Source: Phallusia mammillata
Taxonomy: Eukaryota
Length of the DNA stretch: 64,000 nucleotides
Assembly: GCA_965637545.1 (NCBI GenBank)
Contig: OZ281499.1
Coordinates: 434,001-498,000, forward strand
Direction: 5' to 3'
A model generated the notes under the pieces. The model was not told the DNA's origin, made no database searches, and was given only the letters and a program-made list of their open reading frames with translations. Positions 38,901 through 48,264 of this stretch are shown here, piece after piece (within the stretch, counting starts at the first letter, position 1; each line of letters opens with the position of its first letter). The translations under genes were made by a program, and so were the position numbers.

Positions 38901-41324
38901 CCATACTGGTATCATTTACATTTAATGTTTGCTTCAAGTTGTCAGTTGATACAGCCAGGTTTGAGGTGTTCGACAAAACAGAGTCGGTCTTTGAGTCAAA
39001 TGATCTTGGTTCTTTCACTTGTTTATGCTGGACTGGGCTTGCAACTTTGTTTTCAAGTTTCATGCCAGAAAACATGGATAGCAGTTCATCCTCTAAATCC
39101 AAGCTCACAGCATTTGTTGTTGCACTGGTTTGATCCACAACGGGCAATCTATCAGTTTCAGAAGGATGGTCACAACCTTCCTCAGGAATGGCAGGATGCA
39201 ATTCTGGAATTGCAGGGGTAGGGTCAAGATCAGCAGCGGGGTCAAGGTTTTCTTCGAGAGCAGTTCGGCTAGTGAGTGTATCACTGGATGTTGTTGTATC
39301 TCCATCCGTGTCGACTTCGGCCAGAGGAGCAGAGAAGCCGTTGTCTTCTGCAGTTGTCAGTTTGCTGGAAAAAGGATCAAATTCACTAACAGTAATATCA
39401 GCTTCTGGTGTGAGGAAAGGTGTACTGTCGAGCGAAGTGGTATTTGATTGTGCATTTGGCAAGACCAGATAAGGCAGTGTGTCTTTAAATGATTCACTAC
39501 TATTGGCAGCATAAGAATCTACATCACCAGTAGTTTGGTGATCGGTATTGCACGATTGTGAAATATTGTTTGTTTCCGAAGAAGGCAAGGATGGAGTTTG
39601 GACTTCAATGTTCTGATCAACAAATGTTTCTGTTGAATTTAAGTCTTTCTGTGACAATGTTGCACCGACATTCAGAGCAGTTTCAAGTGATTTAGCTGAT
39701 GACTCATTTGTATTGCTCGCTTTAGGCAAATATCGCAGTGTGTGTTCCACAGGTTGACCCTCTGCGTTGAAGTCAATCACACAAAATGCGCTTGCATCAG
39801 AAAGCCTCCTCACATTATCCCTTTCACTTGCTGTCGAAAGCATTGGACTAACAGATGGTTGTTTGGAACTGATAGCCAAGCTGTCGAAAGCAGCAAGGCA
39901 ATCTTCAACTGAGTTGGTTTGAATTTTATTTTCTGTCGTAGATGCTGAGACATCAGCCTGAAATGAATAACAATGTTTTTTTTTTACTTTGATGGAGTAG
40001 TTCTAAACATTTCTAGGCAACACTAACAAACTATCAGTAAGAAATAATAAGGATGGGCAATTTAGAGCAGTATAGTAGCGTTTTATATTTTTAGTGTTTG
40101 AATTATTCCACAGTTTGAACCTGAAATACCAAACTATACTCTGTTTGTTTTTCTATTTTTCTGGTACATTATGACCAGATCTTCTGCATCGATAATTTGT
40201 GTTAGTGTGCTTTCAGATGATATAATTGTTACATGTAACTTACAATTTTTGGAAAAACAGAAACATATGAATGAGTAAACATTCTAAAACTATTGAAACT
40301 TCCAGATTACCCTTTCTAAATTGCCTATCCTTAAGAAACAAGATTACAAAAGTTTTCATTACAATGGACACATACATTTCATCAAGCCCTAAATCATGGA
40401 ATCGGAACTAGTTGAAACACAACAGCAGAATGCAAGGTCACTAATCACAAATTCTTACAAACCTTTACTGTGCTGTCCAATGCAGTTACACAAAGTTCGT
40501 CACTCTCACTTGAAATGTTCAAATCTGCAAAAAAAACTTAAGTAAGAAAAAAAATGTTTCATTAGTTGACGAAAAATTGTGATTGGCTGGAAACGCTCTG
40601 GAAATAAAATCAATATTAGGACATATGTTTTTTGTACCGCCTATTAAGCCACTTCTATCTTAAATTCACATTATGCTTATTTTATCACAATCTATGTGTA
40701 GTCTAAACAAAAATGTCAACATGAGATATCGCCAAAAATTGTTAGTTGCAAACTTTTCTCCTGGAACATTTTGTTGGTTATTGTGTTGCAGTTCCAGTAT
40801 CTTAATTTTTTATTGTCTGACCAAAAATAAATACATAACAGTTAACTGGACAAAGACAATAGGTTGCAACACAATGATAATTGATGGATGGTTGTAATGT
40901 CAAATAACATGTAAAACATTATAACTACTGCTATTGTTAAAACAAAAAGAAGAAAACTGTTGCACTTCTTCCCTGCACATGTTTATACTTAGCGGCAGAA
41001 AGTAAAATAGAAGGAAACATAAATAGTAGAAAATTTGTACCACCAACCACTCCAATATTACTAAAAGGTTAATATAACAACAGGCTTGTTTTTACTTCAA
41101 TTTTCTAGCTTACCAATACAGTTATTTTATCATAGCGAAAAAAAGAAATAAGGACACATGGTATGAATCAATAAAACAAAAATATTTTCACCTTCACTAA
41201 ACTTGGAAGCAGCTTTTAAGGTTTGGTCGTTATAGTCAACAGCAGTTGTATAAAAAGAAGCCGACGTTTTATCGTTGATTGGTTTTGGGTCAGTTGGATA
41301 TCCATTGTCATTTTCTAACGACAT
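26987..41324 (-). CDS. TACC: Transforming acidic coiled-coil (TACC) family protein, ~2,400+ aa, with a 6.16-kb exon
   Basis: Approximate exons: 41324-41191, 40524-40463, 39957-33798, ~33633-33577, ~32232-32161, ~31533-31499, ~30503-30457, ~30256-30215, ~30149-30002, ~29190-29039, ~28343-28159, ~27618-27512, ~27174-26987. Contains KGAYSIDF..DDPNFDPF repeats, the conserved ESALRKQSLYVQFDPL and a C-terminal coiled coil ending KENAELVKICEEFF. An in-frame exon at ~41918-42061 may extend the 5' end, so the start is uncertain. Confidence 0.85.
27216..27382. mobile_element. hAT MITE (167 bp) in the last TACC intron
   Basis: TIR cagtaatgggattca / tggatcccaccactg, TSD ctcataac/ctcataat. A related shorter copy lies at 51081-51167. 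Confidence 0.85.
28562..28946. mobile_element. Degenerate hAT-like MITE
   Basis: cagggttgccat ... atggtaaccttg inverted ends; no clear TSD. Confidence 0.45.
29736..29810 (+). repeat. 25-bp tandem repeat x3
   Basis: (atcatgagtgataaactatgtttaa)3, perfect. Confidence 0.95.
32372..33535 (-). mobile_element. Degenerate tRNA-derived SINE split by the hAT insertion
   Basis: Minus strand: A-box-like gatggttgagtggttag, B-box-like gggttccaaccc, then CORE-like tgtgtttcccagagcaagaaactt (33417-33535). The 3' part and A-tail resume at 32431-32372. Confidence 0.6.
32440..33416. mobile_element. Non-autonomous hAT (Charlie-like) element, 977 bp
   Basis: TIR caggggtgggcaaact / agtttgcccacccctg, TSD ggtaagag/ggttagag, subterminal gcggcc motifs. 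Confidence 0.9.
34260..36090 (-). repeat. Coding tandem repeat inside the TACC giant exon: five units of 345-357 bp
   Basis: gggtcatcaaa recurs at 34280, 34625, 34973, 35330, 35678 and 36035 (spacings 345, 348, 357, 348, 357). Confidence 0.97.
40048..40333. mobile_element. hAT-like MITE (286 bp) in a TACC intron
   Basis: TIR taaggatgggcaatttaga / tctaaattgcctatcctta, TSD agaaataa/agaaacaa. Confidence 0.8.
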
Positions 41325-42392
41325 AATTCCTATTTCTCCACCAAGGTTCAGTATTACTTGGTTCAGCACTGCATCTGTGGTAGAGAGAAAAATGTTGATA
41401 AAAAAGCTTTTCCAGACCAAAAAGGTTGTTTAGAACTTTAATCTAAACTAGATTCTAAATGTTTCAGGAATTTTGATACATAGGTTTTCATTTCGAATAA
41501 GCTTGTTAACTTATTGCAGATAACAATATAAAGCAGCATGGTTTCCTTTCAGTAACTATGAAGACCAGTGGCCCACTGCTTATCTAAAATACAGGTATGC
41601 ATGCAGATGAAAAACTTTAAGTTCTAGCATCTATCAGTATAGGTTTACATTTCAAATAAAAAATATCGGACGAACATTAAAAATTAAAAAAAATTGAATG
41701 CACCCTGTGTACTTTAACACCAACATGGACAGCATCAATGTTAAATGATACCAGGAAATTAACAGAAATGTTGAATCACAAGAATAGGTATTAGTAAGTC
41801 AGCTTTGTTTCTAGTGGGCCTACACCCCTGGCTCCCTAAAATACAGCTCATGGCCCTCCTGAGGAGGTCATTGGCCTCGGTTATAAGTCTGTCTGAGTTT
41901 AAATTAACAATAGCAACCTGGATTTTGGTCTGTCTCAGTTTTGGTTGGGTGTGAAGAGCTGGGAAGATAGAATGAGTCATCTCCAGATGACGTGTCAGAA
42001 TTTGAAAATGTCGAATAATTGCTCGGTTGGACAGTGTCAGATGTTCTGAGGATGTATTGACTGGTTACCACAACAATACATAATGCAAGAACTTGGTTCA
42101 GAAACATGTATACATGCAAAACACAAACAATGTGAGCAAACTAATAAAAGACATGCTACACACTCTTGAACTTTCAGTAGCAAAATAAAAATGTTTACTA
42201 AACTTACAAAATTTTAAAATAGACATGGCACATGAGAAACAATCACACATGAACAAACCTTTGGTATTGTGCTCAGTTAGTTGTGAGACAAATCAGTAAA
42301 AACAGTGAAAAGCATAAACAAGTAAATAAGCCTGCAAAGGTGGATGTAATATTTCACACAGCGATTGTCAACCACTCGCAAAAACTAATTCT

Positions 42393-45070
42393 GGGTCATT
42401 CCATGTCAACTGCCCAGGCCATATAACCCACCCCCTCAGATTTTTATCAAATTTCATATGTCCATGCAGCTAGTTACACTGATTTCAACAAAAAAAAATT
42501 TTTTGAAATCTATCAATGTTTCACGAAGTTATGACATTTTGAAAATATGTCAAATATGTGATCACTGCAGCGACGCGCATCAATGCTTTTTGATAATACT
42601 GTGTTTAAAATGTCATATTTCTTTCTAATTTGTATATTGTGGTCATTTTAGTAGGTTAGGTGAACCTTTAGGACATTCTCAATCACCTCATTACAGTTTT
42701 TCATGTTTTTGAAATATGGGTCAGTAATTAAAGGGGGTTCAGTTTGGGGGTATGCAAATGTGCATTCATGCGTAACGACAACTTTAAAAGCTCATATCTT
42801 GAAGAGCACACTAGCTAGAAAGTTAAGTAATGGCTCAAATGAAAGCTCTTGCTGAGTACTTTCCTTGTTCTTAATTTTATGATGCTTCTCTGTAATTTGT
42901 TTAAAGGAGGGTCATAATAAAACACAGGTTCATTTTTCGGATATTTTTGTGATACTGCGTCTATTATCTATACTTTATGTGCCCTAATTTGTTTTTAAAA
43001 GTTGTTAAGATGCAAAAGTGTAGTGCAGGTGTCTCACTGGATACTGAATGCCACAAAAAGACATATCCAACACAAAAACTAGGTATTTAACCAATTGACT
43101 TTCTAACAGATGAAGAGCAAGTGCTTCTGAATATTCGAGTTGCTGCTGATAAGGGTAATGAATGTTGTTTGAAGAACGTATGTATTTTCCACAGGTACAA
43201 TTACATTGGTCGGTACCCTTTCTTGCAGAAGTAGTGTTGTGATCCTTTTCAAGTTCACAGTTAACCAGTCACAAATCGTAATATACGTCCACTCACTTGG
43301 GAATGTTACCAAAATATAAAAATTGTAATTTAAATATTGTACCAGAAAAAAAAGGTGTGTGCCAAATGCAGTACAAGACTTAAAGAAACTATCCTTCAAA
43401 ATGTATCATCAAATGAAGAAGCTTCGAGTTCGACTGACAGTGAAATATGTAACATTGCATCTACTGTTAAAGCAAACGCATCTTTCAGCAAGCTTAATGA
43501 AAGTTTACAGAGCGTTGAGGTGATTACCTGTGAAGTTGCATAGTGTGCCTTCAAGCAGTAACATTTTCTATGGGCAAAGAAAATTATGTCAAATTCATGA
43601 TACCCTTCATGCAAAGATGTCCAATTTTTTTAATGTCAGTGATGTAGACCTATAGCAAGACCAACCTGACACTAAAGACGAAGACAAAATGAAAATAAAA
43701 TCTTTTGACAACATTATCTCTAAAATGAAAAAAAATTAGGAACAGTGACAGTACGATAGCAGAAAAATACAAGTCCCCACAATGATACCCAAGCAACTGG
43801 TCAAGAGAAAAGACTACCTCAAAAGGGAAAATCACACCTTTTCACGGTACAATGTTTAAATTGTAATTTTTATATTTTTGGTAATATTCCCAAGTGATAG
43901 GACGTATATTAAGATTTTTGACTGGTTTACTGTGGACTCGAAAAGGATCACAACACTTCTTCTGCAAGAAAGGGTACCGACCAATGTAATTGTACCTGTG
44001 GAAAATACATATGTTCTCCAAACAACATTCATTACCCTTATCAGCAGCTACTCGAATATTCAGAAGCACTTGCTCTTCATCTGTTAGAAAGTCAATTGGT
44101 AAAATACCTTGTTTTTGTGTTGGATATGTCTTTTTGTGGCATTCAGTATCCAGTGAGACACCTACACTAAACTTTTGCATCTTAACAACTTTTAATAACA
44201 AATTAGGGCACATAAAGTATAGATAATAGACACAGTATCACAAAAATATCCGAAAAATGAACCTGTGTTTTATTATGACCCTCCTTTAAACAAATTACAG
44301 AGAAGCAACATAAAATTAAGAACAAGGAAAGTACTCAGCAAGAGCTTTCATTTGAGCCATTGCTTAACTTTCTAGCTAGTGTGCTCTTCAAGATATGAGC
44401 TTTTAAAGTTGTCGTTATGCATGAATGCACATTCGCATACCCCCAAACTGAACCCCCCTCAATTACTGACCCATATTTCAAAAACATGAAAAACTGTAAT
44501 GAGGTGATTGAGAATGTCCTAAAGGTTCACCTAACCTACCAAAATGACCACAATATACAAATTAGAAAGAAATATGACATTTTAAACACAGTATTATCAA
44601 AAAGCATTGATGCGCGTCGCTGCAGTGATCACCCAGTCTGCAGAGTATGGCAGTGGCACGCGCGATTTAGTTTTGAAAAAAAAATTTTGCACGCCGAATT
44701 TTTGGCGTTGCACGCGGAAATTTCGCATCAAAGGCATTAATTGTCCTATCTTAAACTCTATCGCTACTTTGCGCCTGTTGAAATTGGTCTTGCACGCGAA
44801 TTTACGGGCCGTGCACGCGCGCACACGGCACATATAGGTCCTGCATGCGCGAGATCTCGTCGGGAACTGCCATGTTCTGCAGACTGGGTGATCACATATT
44901 TGACATATTTTCAAAATGTCATAACTTCGTGAAACATTGATAGATTTCAAAAAATTTTTTTTTGTTGAAATCAGTGCAACTAGCTGCATGGACATATGAA
45001 ATTTGATAAAAATCTGAGAGGGTGGGTTACATTTTGCCATTTTTCTGGGACGTTTGACATGGAATGACCC
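42393..45070. mobile_element. Sola2-like DNA transposon derivative with ~950-bp inverted arms and a decayed transposase 5' end
   Basis: Termini GGGTCATTCCATGTCAA...TTGACATGGAATGACCC and 4-bp TSD ttct (42389-42392, 45071-45074). Arms 42393-43343 and 43846-45070. The reading includes CCDPFxxH...KKVCAKC and KIQVPTMIP..WSREK, motifs I associate with Sola2 transposases. Confidence 0.85.
44630..44890. mobile_element. 261-bp MITE present only in the right arm of the Sola2-like element
   Basis: TIR cacccagtctgcaga / tctgcagactgggtg. The left arm shows the empty site (atatgtgatcactgcag, ~42555-42571). Confidence 0.9.
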
Positions 45071-45390
45071 TTCTACCTTTGAGGTTTTCCATAAACTGCC
45101 TTTTTAAACTTTTTAAACATTTTGCTTGTGAGTTTCGTCTAAATATTACCAGACGTTTAAAGCCATTCTTTCGTAATAATTATTTAGAATCATTCGACCC
45201 AAAATATATCATTAAACTTTCGCATCATCCTAATGAAGTTTGTTCAGTTTTTGTTCACACTTTTCTCTCTTTTCTGTTGTCTCTTGCGCACATTTAATGT
45301 TGCCCTCATGGGATTTCATGCCCTCCCATTAGCGCAACGTTAGGTCTCGGAACCCTTTCAAAAATACGATTTCAGATAACTTATATTTCC

Positions 45391-45867
45391 TTGGAGTCGG
45401 AACTGAACTCGAATTCACGAACCGGTTTGAGCGGGCAATTTCACTAAACCCGAACCGCTAATTATGATTTCCTAAAAACCCGAACCGGAGTTGAACCCCA
45501 TATTTTGTTTGGCGTGAGACCCGAACCGGAACCGAACCAGTAAAAAATGCGGTCTGTTTCATATTTTGTATTTTTTTCAAAACAGCGTAGTGCAGAATGC
45601 GCGAGATAACACTTATTGGGCGTGAAAAAGAAGCAGTTCAGAATCGTTATCTTTTGGAGTTTGATAAGGCCAGGTAGATGATGGGTAGAATTAAATTTAA
45701 ACGAATGAAAATTTAAACCGGTTTGAAAACCGCAAACCGGTTCGGACCAAAACCCGAACCCGTAAATATGCATTTTGAACACGTGAACCGAACCCGAACC
45801 TCTAAAAACAAAACAAACTGAACCTAAACCGAACCTGAACCCATATGACAAACGGTTCGACTCTCTA
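45391..45867. mobile_element. Degenerate MITE rich in aaccgaacc motifs (hAT-like)
   Basis: Clusters of aaccg/aacccgaacc near both ends, and imperfect inverted ends gagtcggaac / gttcgactc. Confidence 0.6.
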
Positions 45868-46559
45868 ATATTTTTTAAACAAAGCACGAAACCGATTCGC
45901 TGAAATTCTCCTAATCGGTTGAAAGTTAGACAAATATGCGTGGTAGCCTACACTGACCCAAGATGTGTAAAGTTTAAACTTTTCTTATCTATTGTGTAAT
46001 AAAACGAAGCCACAACATTCGCAGCACGAAGTAGACGCAACATTCGTCATGGACAAGCGAAGAAGTTTAAAAAGCCAGACGGGTAAAAAAAAACGTCACA
46101 CACAGACACAACAGTAATATAAAATACCAAAAATTGTTTGGCTGGAGTCTTCTTTAAAAGTTTCGACTTTTAAAAAACCAATACTAAACAAGCAAATAAA
46201 CGAAAGCTCTGAACTACCGTATCTATAAACCATATGGCGTACTTGATTGGTGATAAAGCATCGTTTGAACGATCAGATTTACCTGAAACAGCTGATTAGG
46301 CGGTTAAGCCGGCCCATTGTGTCACAGCATTACCACTCAAGCTGATGCCAAATAAACCAACACCGAAAAATCAACAAATAAACGAAAACACTGAACTAAA
46401 TATAAACCATATGACGTATACTCGTTTAGCGACAAAACAATGGCTCAGGTTGTACAGAAAATTATGTCAGAAATGTGTAAGTGTCCAAAAAGTCGCAAAA
46501 ATGAAAATATTCCTAGCACAGAAATCATATTGCAAGTTGAGCTCGGCGGCAAATCGGAT

Positions 46560-46586
46560 GATTGGGGCGGGCGCCGTCATGGCAAC
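46560..46586 (-). promoter_or_regulatory. Compact CCAAT + GC-box + RFX X-box-like cluster
   Basis: gATTGG-GGCGGG-cGCCGTCATGGCAAC, ending 9 bp past the ARL6 stop codon. Confidence 0.5.
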
Positions 46587-46594
46587 GCTGCACA

Positions 46595-48264
46595 TTACTT
46601 TTCGTTTCTCGAGTTTAATAGTTGTTCGGTGATCCACTGGATTCCCTCGTTGAGCCCCTCCCCCGTGTGGGCGTTGCTCGCACAAATGTGCCAGGGCCGT
46701 CCCAACCCACTATGGGGGTCGCCCCTGTACATGGGACTTCCCCCTTTCACCCACTCCCCTTTGTCAAGTTCAAGTAGTTGAGCGCACTTGACCGCTGAGA
46801 AAGATTCGCGCAGGTCGGATTTGTTTGCGAAGAAAAGAACTGGCAGGTTTCGTTTGCGTTGGATCTGCATGAAAAAGTTAAGATTCAGTTTCACTTCTCT
46901 TGCACATTTGCTTAAAACCCCAATCGGGTTTTCAACTCAAATTTATTCGACCATCTGTGTTTTGATTCTTTGCACTTATTCAAATTGGTCCATAAAGGTA
47001 TTCGGGGATTTACTATATTTTTGTGGCGTATATTTTTTTTCTTAAGTTTCACAAACTAATCATCGATATATACTTTGAAAAAAAATGTCTTGAAATTAGG
47101 CGTTGACCATTTTTTCTCCCAAATATTTTGAGCGAAAAATGTTTTACTTAATTTTTTGTTCCGAATTTCTTTGGTTGGAGATTTCGGAAAAAAAACGGAA
47201 ACGCTATTTCTATTTACCTCTTTATGACGCAATAATTGCATCAGTTCTTCCTTAGCAACTGGTATTCTCAGTTTATCTGTGCTGTCCAAAACGAATATGA
47301 TTGCGTCGCAATTGCTGTAGTAATGCTCCCATAAATTTCTGTATCGGCCCTGTAATTTAAAAACTTAATATCATCTCATGTATTCCTAGTTGTATGTACG
47401 CAAACATATATATCGGCAAATTCATTGTGTGAAAAACAACAAAAATTAACAGACTTCCTTAAACTGAATTTATGAAATTATGTAAACAAGACAAATAATG
47501 CAAAAATGGTTAATTACTATTTTTTCACGTTTTCATCAATGAAATTTCGCTTTGTCAACGCATTTTAGGACAAATTCGCGTGCCCGTACTACAATTTCAA
47601 ACCCAATTTTAAGAGCGTTGTTTTGTCATAAAATATGCATTATCTCATTGTGCAGAACGCCGAACCTGTCCTGACATGTCGAACGCAGTTAGGTCAAGAC
47701 TTCCGAGGCTGAAATTTTCCTCTCCGATCCCCACAGTCGGAACAATATCTGGGATTCTTTCTTTCTTCGGCTTTAACTGATTGATTATCGTCGATTTCCC
47801 ACTGTTGTCCAAACCAACGAATAAGATGTGAGCTTTTTTCCGCTTGCCCTGTGCAAAAATCAAGATACAATAATTTTAAATAGGAATATTAAAAGGCTGT
47901 TTTCCGGCATAATGTGTAACTAAACGGGCATTGCTCTTCGGGTAGTTTTTACATGAACAGTCGACATTTCAACGTCGCATACACGACGTCTTCAGGAAAA
48001 TGACACATCAAAATACAGATACTTTACAAACATAGAACTATTATATTTTGATGTGTCATTTTCCTGATGAAGGCGCCTTGTATGGGACGTCAAAACTTCG
48101 ATTATTTGCAATAAATAGAGCAATACTCGTTTATATTCTACTCATGTGTAGCTCAGTATGCTGCACGCAATAATCTGAAACTTGTCACCGAAACAGAAAC
48201 AAATCCACACTTGAACTTTTAGATTCACCTGCAACCAGTTGATGAGTCGGTCAAGCAAACCCAT
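46595..48264 (-). CDS. ARL6: ADP-ribosylation factor-like protein 6 (BBS3), 4 coding exons
   Basis: Exons ~48264-48229 (MGLLDRLINWLQ), ~47849-47667 (GLDNSGKST...FDMSGQ), ~47349-47218 (GRYRNLWEHYY...VAKEEL) and ~46865-46595 (LFFANKSD...PWHICASNA.TGEGL). These motifs are diagnostic of ARL6. Confidence 0.95.
47921..48133. mobile_element. Inverted pair of Penelope-like terminal repeats with decayed hammerhead cores in ARL6 intron 1
   Basis: Imperfect palindrome (caggaaaatgacacatcaaaat / attttgatgtgtcattttcctg). The minus arm reads CTGAAGA-cgtcg..cgacg-ttGAAAtgtc and the plus arm reads CTGATGA-a-ggcgcc..ggacgtc-aAAActtc. Confidence 0.65.

Noticed and set aside
34025-39472. Plus-strand and alternative-frame ORFs within the giant exon
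   Set aside because: Shadow ORFs of the TACC exon with no recognisable motifs.
33751-39879. Stand-alone 2,042-aa single-exon gene
   Set aside because: It has an in-frame acceptor at 39957 and a donor at 33798 linking it to TACC exons, and it starts at TTG.
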